NCBI GenBank assembly: GCA_965637545.1
Contig: OZ281494.1
Span: forward strand, 15,562,001-15,626,000
Reading direction: 5' to 3'
Length of the DNA: 64,000 nucleotides
Origin: Phallusia mammillata
Lineage: Eukaryota
Each line of letters starts with the position of its first letter. The first letter of the stretch is position 1. Position numbers and translations under genes: made by a program. The notes beneath the pieces were generated by a model that saw only the letters and a program-made list of their open reading frames with translations, did not search any database and was not told where the DNA came from. Shown in pieces: positions 1-13,159 of the stretch.

Positions 1-23
1 TTTTCACATTTATTACTTTGTAG

Positions 24-1209
24 GTGAGGTTTCAAGATTCCGTCCATTTAAATCTCTTCACAATCGCAAACTATTATGGCACGGATCAAGAACAACTAAC
101 TATGCTGGTATCTTGTCTCAGGGATTGAGAATTGCCCCACCAGAAGCACCAGTGGTAGGTTAATCAACAAATACAAACAATATTTGTTTAAATTTTGCTA
201 CCACTAGTGCACTGACTCTCTCCAAATAGGTCCCAACAGTAATCCAATAATTCAGTCCTAATCCAACCTTATGAAAACGGATGTTTTGTAAAGGATTGTT
301 TGTTATAAATGCAAATAAACTTAATAAGGAAACCGTACAGAAACTTTTAAAAACAGATACAACATCACATAAATTGCAAAAATGTTTTGTCAAGACATTA
401 ATTTGATAGTTCGCAACATATATAGTTAATTCATTGCAAAATCTTAGTTAATGATTGCTTTCATTAAACAAGGTGCAAAAACACGTTTTTGTAATTATTT
501 CTTTAAATTTAATTTATTTTCAGACTGGTTATATGTTTGGAAAAGGAATATACTTTGCAGACATGGTGTCAAAAAGTACCAACTACTGTGGAACAAGAGC
601 TGATAATCCACATGGTCTTGCCATGCTGGCTGATGTTGCTCTTGGAAACATGTCAGTTTGTTAGCACTTATTTTAGCTTGGTTTTGTTTTAATTACTGAA
701 ATGTCAGTAAAAGTGATTCTGGTTCCTTATTGCAAACTTTAGTTTATTCATGCTTTACGTGCAAAATGGATTTCTGAAAACAAAACTATCTCCATATTGT
801 CAAATATTAATAGAACAGGTTGATAATCTGTCCTTATAAAAGCAATATTGATTGCAACATGGCTAGGGTTTAACAATTTATGCCTTTAATTTGAGTGTTG
901 CATTGTCTGATTAGAACTAAAAAACTCTGTTGTCTTTACAGGTATGAATTAGTGAATGCAAAAAATGTAAGGAAACTTCCCAAGTCAAAGCACAGTGTTA
1001 AGGGTGTTGGTTCTACTACACCAGATAAGAGCACATACACTACACATGATGGCGCTGAAGTGCCAATGGGAAAAGGTGCACAAACTGACCTGACTGATTT
1101 CAAAGATGGAACATCACTACTGTACAATGAATACATTGTGTATGACGTAGCTCAAGTTAACCTCAAGTATTTGGTGAAATTTAAGTTTCAGTATGACTCA
1201 TTGTGGTAA
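24..1209 (+). CDS. PARP1: Poly(ADP-ribose) polymerase 1, 3' part (catalytic domain); exons 24-154, 524-651, 942-1209; gene begins upstream of the window
   Basis: Spliced translation reads ...[33 protein letters not shown]|[18 protein letters not shown]...VALGNM|YELVNA...KHSVKG...[31 protein letters not shown]. This matches the PARP1 signature, with the catalytic H-Y-E triad (WHG, GIYFAD, NEY) and the PARP1-type SLW terminus. All junctions are GT-AG and phase-compatible. AATAAA at 1445-1450. Confidence 0.97.
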
Positions 1210-1692
1210 AGTGAAAATAATGTGAGTGTTGTACCGCACCAATTTCATTCAATGTTGGATTGTTTAACAATTCTTTTCCATAATCATACAATATTAACTT
1301 CATTAACCCATTATGTTTCTTCTTGCCTACAATAATATTGTGTTAAACTTTCAGGACTTCATTGTTTGTATTTTCATTCTTTGTGCATACTTACAAGGTC
1401 AATTAACATCTGACTATTTCTTTCTTTTGCTTTCATGCTAAGCAAATAAAACCTATCTAGCATATATTTTATGTTTGGAGTGTCAGCAGTGTTATGTATG
1501 TGTTTTATTCTTTAATGTGGTAGCTTTTCCACCCTGTATGAAGCCCTGTGATTTATTACCTAACAACATACCATAGAAAACAGGAAAATCAGACCAAAAC
1601 CAATAATCAGAAAACCCTAGTACCTAAAAACAGGGAAGATTTAATGTGCATAAACTACTGGTTTTGCTCATTACACAGTAGCACCGCATCTT

Positions 1693-2480
1693 TTATGTGA
1701 TCACAAGTTCATCAAAGCCTGTTTCATCATCAAATTCTCTTGTAAATGTTAAACTATTTGATGTTCCAAGTACGATTTCTGCAGTAGTGTGAATGACAGC
1801 AGCCCCTTTAGAAGAAAGGTGGCCTCCGACCAAATTACCATCACTATCAGACAGAGAAATGTGAAGATGAACTTTTCCACATTTAGATAGTGTTCCAACC
1901 AGGGACACTATTTCTGTCTCCCTATCAACCTGTAAATACTAAAACACAAAGATTTATATATTTGAAGTTAACAGTACTATAACTATAAGCCTAAAAACAA
2001 ATTTGGAAGAGGGACAAAAATGTTGTGACTATACAAGGTGGTTGGGGTTGGGGGGTTGTTACCACTAGCTTTACCATTAGCGTTGTTACACTGGCACAAA
2101 CTTTAAATTTAAATCTTAAGTCCCAAAACGAAAAAAAAATGTGTGACGTTTAGTGTTTAAAAGAAATGTGTGATGTTATATCAGGTAAAAATAAGCAGTA
2201 CTTTATTTATCACCACACAATCACCTTGGCAGTGTTGTGCTTATTGAAGTCTGCCATTCTTAAAGTAGCTTTCTTCAGACTTCCAACACAGGTCAAAATA
2301 AATGCTGATGAACATTTGGGTGTAGAAACAAAGCTAATCAATTCTTTGACCAGATCCTGACCTTCAGAAACAAAAGTTTGCCCGTCAGAATGGTGTGACG
2401 TTTATGGCAAAATGCTTGTCATTTTTACCTGGTTTTAGTCTAATTGCATAACAGCACACATTACTGGGTTGCAAAGACAT
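1693..2480 (-). CDS. Stand-alone PPC (DUF296) domain protein, 141 aa; exons 2480-2429, 2361-2225, 1929-1693
   Basis: Spliced translation: MSLQPSNVCCYAIRLKPG|QDLVKELISFV...FILTCVGSLKKATLRMADFNKHNTAK|VDRETEIVSLVGTLSKCGKVHLHISLSDSDGNLVGGHL...HTTAEIVLG...FDDETGFDELVIT*. The motifs RLxPGxD, CVGSL, EIVSLVGTL, HxH...GGH and TTAEIV are typical of PPC/DUF296. Introns of 67 and 295 nt are GT-AG with matching phases (1, 0). Confidence 0.92.
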
Positions 2481-2719
2481 AGAAATGATGTAAAGGCACT
2501 GTTGACAACGTGATTCAGCTTGTCAAGTCAAAGTCTATCTATCAAACACAAGTTGTCGCACGAGAATTCATGGAGCGTGAAATGGGGCGACTTTGCACGC
2601 TTTTAACAACGCAAAGGATAGGGTTTTGGATGTTTTTTTCAATAACCTGGCTTAACGACTAAATATTTTTTATTTCTAAATTGCCTTGCTGACAAGAAAA
2701 TTTATGCGTGACGTAAAAA

Positions 2720-2743
2720 TGACGTCATTGGTTGCCAGGCAAC
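2720..2743. promoter_or_regulatory. Putative promoter module of the PPC gene: CRE (TGACGTCA 2720-2727), CCAAT on the minus strand (2727-2731), RFX X-box (GTTGCC-A-GGCAAC 2731-2743)
   Basis: Motifs read directly, about 240-260 bp upstream of the PPC ATG, in a local CpG-rich patch. The X-box fits the RFX consensus GTNRCC(N0-3)RGYAAC. Confidence 0.55.
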
Positions 2744-5700
2744 GCACAATGTTTGCAGGAAAGCAGTTTTATTGGCACGAGTTTAGCGAAAAAAATTTTC
2801 TGCATCGTTTGCTAGCAAATTTGTGAATAAAGTGTAGTAAATATAAATGATCCCGACCGTTTTTAGTAATAAAAAATGTTGATTGTACAGATATTTCAAA
2901 AACTTAGAAATATAAGTGTTAACCAAAGCAGTTTGTTTATCAAAGTTATACTTTTTAAAGTCTTTATTTAGGTTAACGGTATACTTATTTTTTTGCTACT
3001 GGAAAAAGTGCAAACCTACATAAATTTGCAATACATTTAACAGTTCTATGATAAGATGAATAAAGTGTTCATATATATAAACTTGCAACTTAAAATAGTA
3101 AAAAAAGTGGTTTGGTGGCCAGTTAAGTGCACCAATATAATGAAGAAACTGGTGGATGGGTGGGCTTTTAAAAGAACAAGCCGTTGATTTCAAAGTATCC
3201 TTACTGAAGAAGAATTATCTAGTGTCCCATCGCACCAAACCTGTGTAAGAAGTTGCTGTTTGGCATGGCTCCTGGCTTGCAATACCAACAGGCATATAGA
3301 CTCAGAAAAAAGTAAAACATAAATGCCAATGTTTTATTTTGCAACAATTTTGATTAAAACAGACACAAATAATGACATAAAATAGTAATGCATAACAAGA
3401 TGGAAAGACAAATAACATTCATTGATTTACATGTAATTTTGTGACATTTAGAAGGCTGACAGAGGATCTATTGGACTTCATGTAACTACTGTGTTTGAGT
3501 TTATGAAGCTTTAAAAAAACATGTCATACTGTGCAGTGTGTCTCTTAAGTTTTGACTTTTTTGATTTTATGGAATCACCAATTTTGAAAAATGCTAATAA
3601 TTCTTGCATGTTATTTTATGCCCTTAATGAAATCATTTGGATTTTTTGTGATATCCTCACATAACATGTATTGTGGGAAGTATCAGCTGAAACTGAAATA
3701 AATGAAAAAAGTGCCACTTTGGATGCAAAATTTCCCACGAGACTTTTTGTGCTGTACAGGTGAATAGATTCAAGAAGATTTAACAATTTTGTTGATATTG
3801 GTTGTTTTATGCATCAATGTTAGTTGTATTTGTTTATATTGCATTTTTTCTTGTGGTTGTGTTGCATATGACAGTACACATATTCAACATGGTATATAGA
3901 CCTTAATTAATGCAATAAATATTTTTATCACTAAAAAGTGTGAAATATCTTTCAAAAAAATTAAAAAAAGAGGGAAAGATTGTGCAACACCTTTAAAGGT
4001 AGTACCAAAAGCTTTCAAAATTCAGTATGTGCTAAAAGCGTCAAAATGCAGTAAATAAACGATGACGTCACTATTACGTCATGACTTTTCTGACCTTGGA
4101 GGACCATGGTCAAACTATTTATTCCAATTTTAGATGAATATACATCACAACCTTTTTATCTTTCGGGACTTAAGTAGGCTACATGTATATCTACTGGAAA
4201 ATTTACCCGCTAAAACCTAATTTAAACTCTATTTCATGTTCATCAGTTCCATTTAAACATTATAAGTTAAGCGTAGTTATATTTTTATTCAAATTTTGCA
4301 GAAATTGCAAAATCAAACACCGCAAAAGTATCCAAATTAATCATTTTATAAATCGGCCCCATAAGGCGCAATGCAAAATTCGCGCTAATTTCGCCCCATT
4401 TTCATCCCCACAACTTGTGTTTTCTATGGCGTGCGACAACTTGTGTTTTCTATGGATTTTGTGTCAAGTGCTGCAAGAAGTTTCGCGCATGTTGCACTTG
4501 AAGCATGGCGCCATGACTTAAAGTCTTTATTTAGGGGGTTTACCGGGTTAAAAACACATTTTTTTCGTTTTTAAATGGTTTTTAGGGGCTACAGCAATAA
4601 ATACCTTACAAACACCAATTCATAAAAATATTAGTTCTTTGACTTCAAACTTCAAAGTTACGCTAGTACATAACTCAATGTTTGTTACTAAGCTAAAGTT
4701 TAATTTTTATTTGTCCCGCTAGATGGCAACGCTGAGCTGGTTTCGCCTGTTGACACTGTTCGTTGAGATGACTTTCTTTCCAGATATATTTAGAAACCAT
4801 CCGATTGTTGATTTTTTGAGGGACTCAAAATTCGATCCATAAATATAAGCCTAGCCCGTCTGGTATCTTCGCTCAAGTTGTAACTTTCTGAAATTTTATT
4901 GAATGTATTACATGGATATTTGCCAAATCATCATCACACGGTGCATCGTACCCAAACCTACTTTTATTTTCAGTTAAATTGAAACAGCTTATTGCTGGTG
5001 AGAATATACTTTTGTGCAGTCCACATGTCAAGTGTATTCTAAGTAACGTTATTTTTGTCATGCGTTATCGTTGCTTTTAATTTAGTTACAAGTAACGGCA
5101 CCCGCCTAAATACACTGAGGCCATGTTTGACGTAGTAGTGACTGCTTGAGGGCATGACTTGTCAGGAGATATCGCAAAAGGGCATATGTGTGTATAACAG
5201 CGTTATTGAAATCGTTAATTGAATTATCTTTGTTTAATAAGACACGTGGTCGCAATCGTGCCATTTTCGCTGGGATGAATTGCCTGGAAATATTTCGCCT
5301 GAGGTCGGGTTTCAAAACCGGTTTAAAGGTTAGAAATCGAAACCGACTTTGTTCACAAGAATAAAGTTTAAAAAAAAGTTTTTGTCCCCTTTCTCGAAGA
5401 GGTTAAAACCACCCTAAATCCTGCCTATCGAAATGATATATATATATATCAGGCAATAAATGGCACAATACGGAAATCTATACATAAACAAAGACCACAA
5501 CGTCTATTCTTTTGACCTAATGATATTTCTTTCAGCAGTTTGTAGCGGATTTACATTAAAAGGTACAATAGCTGGTCGTAACAGAGGTTTGGAAATTCGC
5601 CAAACAGGCTGAAGACAAACAATTACGTTTGTATCAGACACGAATGTGTAACACAAAACTCCATCAAATGTCCCGTGGGCGCTAGACGACTTCCTCGGGC

Positions 5701-8229
5701 CTTTTCGACCTATAGCTGTGACTTATGGCGATTAATTATAGTTAGGCGCCATTAGATTTACTCAATAGACATGAAACAAATCAATTCATTTTCGTTTGTA
5801 ACTTGATACCGTACATTGTGGAGTAATAAGCGAGGTATTCAAGCATGATTTGAACCTACACCTCCGTATAGTCAGTTATTTCGAATCTTTCTGTAATTGT
5901 ATTATTTTCTTTTCCAGGGACCCATGTATCCTTAAGAATGTGTAACAGGTGCGTGGGCCGCTAACGAACTAAAGTTATGTATTTACCAAGAAAGTTTCCA
6001 CAGGTAAATCCCCCCGGAAATTTGATACCCGTGCGACAGGAAAATTTAATTACGCTATTGCACCATTAGCTATGCTTTTTGGTTTAATACGGCTTATAAC
6101 TCATCTTAAAACACTAGAAGAAATACAAAGACACATAGTTTACCCCTATAGGCCATCGAACTGTTCACAGGCAATTACTCCAACTCTCTGGTGTTCTTTA
6201 AATGTGATATCGATAGTTTAAATCTAAAAATTGGTTTGTGCATTTTTTTCTTTACCTCCCATACCAGCGTTTACATGGCACAATCAAGTCATGAACAAAA
6301 ATGTTAGCATTCATAAGTTACAGACATCGTTGGTTTGTGCAAACATGGCAGACATTAGCGACAGTGGGGCGTTGACTCTTTGACAACCAATAAGAGCCGG
6401 GAACGATGTATTTGACGTGTATAATCTCTCACTGCGACATAACTAACAGCATGCAGAAATCATTGCTACGTCTTTGGGCTTGTATTTTAGCACAATTTTA
6501 TGCACACATTGTGAAGAGCAAGTGTATATCACGTCGATGTATAGATTCTTAGATTCCTTTAAGACATAAGGCCATTGTAAATGTTGCAAGAAATACAAAC
6601 CAATTACAACCGAATTCATCAAACCAGCAGTCCAAACGCAGACAATGCTGTACTAGAAAAACCTTCGAACAACTTGCTTATTTGGTATATTTCCGCCCAA
6701 AAGGTCACTTTTGATTGCATAGAAAAAATAAGCCTAGCATCCTTTGGTAACTATTTGAAGCCGTTTTAATAGACGCTGCCGCTGTCCGAGTAAATTCCAA
6801 AGCTTTGCGTTGCGTTTGTCCATCCAATTGACGCACATTAAATCGAGACGTCGATTCTATGGCCATATCCCGGCGGTCAACGCAACGCGAAGACCTGACA
6901 TCAATTATTAACTAGCAGTGCCTGGATAGGCTATCAGAAGAGGTACAGTGTCGATGTTAAACAACCGGCATCTATTTTGCTGATGTAATCCGGCTACTGC
7001 AGTAGCTGAAAAGAATTCGTAGTTCTGGTTTTGCTGTGAACTTGACCGATATACTGAGCCACTGCAGGTATGAAGTATATTGTGTCTACGAAAGTCGTAA
7101 GTGAATGGGACAGTTCCGTCAACGATTTGTATTTAAAGGCATTCTATACTACTTAAAAAGCGTAAAGCATTGTATTCTAAGTTTAATACAGAGATGATTG
7201 AGTATAGGCACCAATAAGAAAAAAGCTTACAGCAGTTGCCAGTGCAAGTCGCATTGTCACAAGAGCCAACAACACGTTCAACAACCTGAATTCAAAACTA
7301 GCAATGACTAGAAATGTGTATTAAAAATTCATGTCAATTCAGTTACTTTTTTTCGTAAGTGGATTTGATTTTGTGTTCAGCTTGTCTTAAAATCACCAAG
7401 TTAACGAGTTGCACGAGCAGGCTACACGCAGCCCAGTCGCCCCTTTTTGCACTTGACTAGCCATAGTGTCTGGCTGCAGTTCTGCGCGACGAAGTTGGCT
7501 TGTTTAGGTTCTTGAATGATTAACAAAAGCTTTAGTTTAAAGTTTGTTGCATGTGTGCTACATATTTCTAACACTTCGATTTTATCAATCCGTGAGACAA
7601 GAGATTTTATATTTAAAAAGCAATGTTAAAGCAATACGAGTCATTGGTGCGAACTATCTATTTTAATTTTTTCGTAGTTTTAAAGTAAAAGATTAATTAC
7701 TAGTCAGCAAGAAATGAAAGTGCAAAGCAAGGTGGGATTCGTTAAGCCGATTATAGGAAATTGCGCGAACCAGTGCTTGCTGTGTTGCAACGTAAAGTGA
7801 CATAACAAATACAGATTAGGCTGGCCATATTGGACGGCAAGCGAAAGATATATGCGGTGCCAGGCAGGCAGATAAAGCAGAGTGAACTTTGCGAAGGCTG
7901 TCGGCGAAGGAAAAAAGGCTGGCGGAATGGTTTATCGGCTGGTGCTCAACAGACGGTTAGACGTACACGACAAGCCCCGCCGTAGGTTGGTTGCACCTGA
8001 TTCTGTACACGATTAATTTACAGTAGTACGCTGTTTGCTTGTGCAGGAAAAACAGTACTCAAATAGGCTAGCAAGCAACTGCTAAGTGTACTGTAGAGTT
8101 TACATGAACCCCCCACTAGTCGACGACGGAGTTTTGGCGAGAACAGAAGGTGAATGTGGAGAGTTGCTTGACGGATACAAGACAACTGAAAACAGCGGAA
8201 CCGCTTTACTAAACAACAATTTCACTGCT

Positions 8230-11200
8230 ATGGCACCAGATGCATCAACACGTTTTAGTGCAGAATGTTGCGAAGGCGCCCAGGTAGCCGAAAAGCCCGA
8301 AGTGGAGCAAGGAGAAGACAAAAACGATGAAGTTGGCGATGATTCTGAAAACCGCCTCAAGTGTGTATTTCTGGGCGATGGTGCTGTAGGCAAGACCAGT
8401 CTTGTTGTCAGCTACTCGACCAACGGATACCCCACTGAATATATCCCCACCGCCTTCGACAACTACTCAGGTAGGCCCGTTTTGTCTTTGGTCGACATTT
8501 TGGGGACAATAGCTGAATAGCTTATACGAGATTGGTGCAGGTGCACGTTACGTGCTTGTACGTGGAAAAATTAAACAAACACTGTTTATCTCTCCCCGCT
8601 GCGAGACACTTTCAGATGGATTATGACGTCACAGCATTAAGTATGACGTCAGGCGGTGGCGTGATGTTTTCAAGCTGTAGGCGCAGAAGTGTCAGATGTG
8701 CACGTATCCATAAAGTTTGTTACGCGATGACTGAAACTTTTATATGTTTCATTACAGCGTACCCAGGCCAGGGCCCTCTTTAGAAGACCACGAAGTAGGG
8801 GGCAATTATCTGCTTAACGGCAGAACAACCCGACTGTCCCTTTGCAATTACTGCCATTAGACAAGGCAAATCAGGTCATTGTCATTACTGTGATCGCCTG
8901 CAAACATTGCGTAACGACCTTCCAGAGCAAACCCCAAAGCAAATATTAGTCTGATATAAGATGATTACAGTTTGCATTGCGCAATGCCTTGCAGGCAATT
9001 CACCTCGCTTTGCAAACCCAAGATCGAGCCAATTAACCGGTTTATGCACAGTATAAACATTCGAACCTCGAAAATAAATTATTTAGGAGCTTAGAAATTT
9101 CGTGGTTTTAACCTTATTCTCAAGCAGTATTTAAGATATTTTGGTTATAATACATATATTTTTAGTTTGGGTTATTTGAGCAATATTGCATCGTTTTGCA
9201 GTGCGTGTGACCATCAACGAACAACCTATCAGACTGCAGATCTGCGACACCGCCGGACAGGTTGGTTACTCTTAGCAACATATTATTAATACATTCATCC
9301 ATGTTTTACCAGTCCTGATCCATCATTCCAAGTACAAATCTAAATTGTATTTTTGTTTCTGCCAATAAACGTACTTGAAACGCCATGAAGAAATCACTTA
9401 CGCAAGAAAAATAATTTGATTTACTGGGATCGTAACATTTTCGGAGAAAAGGTGTTAGTTAAACTTCTTGGCCTCTGAGTCATTGCATAGTGCTTGGTTA
9501 TTAAAACTTTGGCATTTTGGGGCGTTCAAGGACCTGAAAATCTCCGCAATGATCTGTAAAAGATGGAATTTTTCGCCCACGCATTTCCAATAGCGCGTGT
9601 TAAAACAGTCTTGGGGCGATTGAGAATACAGCTATCAAAACTAGTGTGTTTTGCCGGCATGGTATACTAGTCGTCTCGGGTAAAAGTTGTTTGCCTTTCA
9701 AGTGCTGGAGGCCTCGAAGGTGCCCAGCTGGGATTTCGAGCATTAGTGACTTTGAAGTGCTCGTTTAAACGTCTTTCTAGTGTGTTTAGGCGTAGTGGGA
9801 GAGGGCGCCTCGCCGGTAAACACATGCGCTTCACGTACAAGTCTTGTAGCTTCTAACGGGCACCCGTGGGACCAAGGAAGTCCTCTGGGCCGGCATCAAT
9901 TGATTGCATGGCCTGTTTATGCGCTTTTTAGCTCCCACCAGGACTCTTGAATTGCTGTTCCCCTGCGCTTCGGCCACTGCCAATACACGACCATCTATGG
10001 TAATATTTTTCCTTGTGCTATATGGTCATTACCCATCAGTCAGCTGTGCGATACGCGTACTACACGCCGGGTGCTGGGCATGTTTTCATTCACTGGAAAG
10101 GTTCATTACCGTCTTTTTAAATCATTCCACAAAAAGATAGTTTTATGTTAACTCACATCATTTTGCGTTTTTACTTTGCACTGCTGTTTTTGGTGCTGCA
10201 CGCCACCGACGTTGTCTTAAGCGTGTAACGGCTCTAATTAATAATCGTCAAGTGCTTAATTGCCGTTTGTCCACGCCTGGTTATGTACATATATAGGCGT
10301 GCAGGCGACGAAAGCTTTACGCCCTGCTTGATGACGTTCCAACTATCGGCACTTGTAACTAAGTGCACATGACGTCATTTGTAGTGCAGTGCGTCTGTTT
10401 TCGCAATCGCTTGACCTTGGGGTGTTATTGGAAGGCTTCCTCGATGTTAAACTTGAAACGACTATCCACATAACACGCTGTCAACGCCACATGTACTTTG
10501 TAAACCTTCGTGTTTAAGCATAGATACAGGCACCACAAGGCAAAAAGGAACAAACTGAGTTCTTAAATTAGTTATGGAAACAAATCAAAAGCCCAAACCC
10601 TAAAGTAATTTTTTATGTAAAACCGGAAAGGAATTTCTAGCAAATCGTTTCGATTTTGAGCTTTGTGTGCCCTGGTACAGGTTGCTGGCAAACTCTAATC
10701 ATCTCATCGCCCCCGGGCGTTAAATCTAATCGTATTTGCATTGTAGGAAATCTTGCGGCCCGCCTTATATTGTTCACTATTTCGACTTTCACGCAGGAAG
10801 TTGTGAATGGAAATCGCTATCCATCACACGGCGTTTACGACTTTTCTCCCCCACTGTCCGACTTATTAGTCCGTCATGGTTATATGGCATCAGTGTGTCA
10901 TCCGGTGACGTTCGAATCGTTGTTTACATATGAATCTGGCGTCCTATGTGCTATTTTGGTGCCACACACTTCAATGACTCTTCTGGGTTATGACATTTCG
11001 GATCATGCTTCGTTAAGTCCGACTAGTTTTTCGGGTTCCTGGTCTTTTGGAAATGAACTGTCCTAACGACAGATTTTTATCACGTGTATTACGACAGGTG
11101 CCATCCATTTTAGGTCACCTGCCGTATTCGTTGCGTTTGCACCACACTGGACGTTTCGAGTCATCAGCCATGTTGACTTAAATTGTTCGCGCTTGATCGG

Positions 11201-12853
11201 CCAAACGTTGCGCGCAATAGGTTACGAAATTGCGCGTTACGTAAACTTCGGGGATTGACGGTTTTAGTTTTAGCGAACTGGTCTTTCAGATCGCTGTCAG
11301 CTGCGCTCTTTTCAGGAATGACATAATGGGTCGGTGTGTGTTATTTAAAACCACTGAAGGTGAAGTGGCCTGTAGGAATTACATTAGGATTATCTGACAC
11401 TGAAAAAGGCGCAAAAATATATCGTTCAGAGTGATTCTGACTCCTACCAGTTTGACTTGTTTCTAATAATTGAATGATTTTAATGAACATTTTCGATTCT
11501 TTGAACAACTTGAGTTGTTAAAGTTTTACAGAACAGAAGAACCGTTTCTGGATTTCCCTCTTGAAAATCGTAACATTAAAACACAAATTAGTTTCAGAAC
11601 ATTTCCCATTTTGCTTAATCTCAAGTACAAGCAAACATCGATTAACGTCAATAAAGACTCTGATCTTTGATCGTTAAACACGTTTCAGTATAACGTAACA
11701 AAGGTCGTTAGTTACTAAGTAACACGCAGTTATCAAACTTGAGTGGGCGAAACCGGTTTAAATTTAAACTTGAGTGCTTTCCTTCGAGGGGGCGTGCTCC
11801 GTTTTCGTTCAGTAGCCTATTTCACTGAATCTTCAAGTGCTTGCATTCCCTTTTTTAGCACAAACCCTGCATGGTGATAGGCGATTAACGACTAAATCGC
11901 CAGTAGTAAAATAAACAGCTAATAAGTCAAGTGCCTGTGTGGCTTATCAGAGATACAGAGACGTGGGATTTTAGGGCGCCAAGCACAACGCGAATGGTAA
12001 TTGATGGGTTCAGAACACGTTTTTTGCTTTCTATTTTTCAAATGCATATGTGACAAATGACACGGTATGCATATGGCAGATTAAATCACAATAAACATAA
12101 ATAACGTTTCCTTTTTATATTACAGGATGAGTTTGACAGCATGCGACCTCTATGCTACCCGGGAACACATGTCTTTATGGTGTGTTTCAGTGTGGTTCGA
12201 CCGACGAGTTTGTGCAACATCAGAGACAAATGGTTGCCAGAAATCAAGCGTTTTCTACCCAAAGTTCCAATCCTGCTAGTTGGCACTCAAACCGACCTGA
12301 GAACGAACCTGGATGTCTTGGTTGACCTTGCAAGGTTAAAGTAAGTGTTGTTCGTTGTGGTACATTTCTGGGTCTTATAAAGCTGTTTGATAAAGGTTTT
12401 CTTCTGTAAGTTGCACACGAATTTTTCACTGTTCAATTCGTTAACCTTAAAACATGTTCATGTCCACTTTATTTTGTTGCTTCCGAAATTTAGTTTTTAA
12501 TCGTAAAAAAATGTTCATATCTGCAATACAAAAGATGTAACCTTTGATTTTGCAGCGAAAGACCTGTCGGGGAAGAGGAAGCAGAAAAGTTCGCAAAACA
12601 ATGTGGAGCTATTGGATACGTTGAGTGCTCAGCGCTTACGCAAAAGAACCTCAAGGAAGTTTTCGATACCGCCATCCTAGAAGGACTCGACTTTGTTGCC
12701 AAACAAGCCAAGAAGGGAAGAAAGAGATCCCGTCTCAGCATAAGAAGAAACGAATCCACTAAGAGTGAGAAGAGAGAGTTGGCACAGAGGAAGGCAAAAA
12801 GCGTTAGGAGGAAATCGGTCGTGTGGTGGAGAAAATATTTTTGCATGTCTTAG
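8230..12853 (+). CDS. RhoU/V: Atypical Rho GTPase, RhoU/RhoV (Wrch1/Chp) subfamily, paralog A, 270 aa (312 aa if in-frame ATG 8104 is used); exons 8230-8470, 9202-9260, 12126-12340, 12556-12853
   Basis: Motifs: [38 protein letters not shown] (Tyr at the Rac1-F28 position and TAFD, diagnostic of RhoU/V), [30 protein letters not shown], and a basic tail ending [13 protein letters not shown] junctions in phases 1, 0, 2. The start MAPDA is shared with paralog B. Confidence 0.95.
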
Positions 12854-13130
12854 AGATCATCCCGATCTTGACACGCTTGGAAGATGAACTTGACGCAGGT
12901 CAGGAGTTCAGGGAAGTAGAGAAGTCATTAGAGGGTTTCTCGTTCTAGAGGAGCATGACTGCGTTCCAAACTTTGTTCCACGTTCGGTTATTCTCAACAG
13001 TGCAATCGAGCGCACAAAACTAATTCGAATAAATTTCTACGCTTTCAGCGTTTTCATGGTTTTCGACCGCTGGCTCGTGTTGACAACGTCGAACTTGCAA
13101 TTATCGCCAACATTGAGGTTTAATTCTCCT

Positions 13131-13159
13131 CGCTTTGCCGCTTTGCCGCTTTGCCGCTT
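13131..13159. repeat. Short tandem repeat (CGCTTTGC) x about 3.6, downstream of paralog A
   Basis: cgctttgc cgctttgc cgctttgc cgctt read directly. Confidence 0.8.

Noticed and set aside
4410-4455. 20-bp direct repeat with a 6-nt spacer (similar 17-bp pair at 37897/37931)
   Set aside because: Two-copy local duplications only; not a CRISPR-like or satellite array.
2955-4535. 18-bp direct repeat TTAAAGTCTTTATTTAGG at 2955 and 4518
   Set aside because: Very AT-rich. About one such match is expected by chance in 64 kb, and no LTR or element structure lies between the copies.
10656-11066. 136-aa plus ORF inside intron 2 of paralog A
   Set aside because: Starts at TTG, has no recognisable domain and no flanking splice sites that fit the host frame. 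Such lengths can occur by chance in GC-richer DNA.
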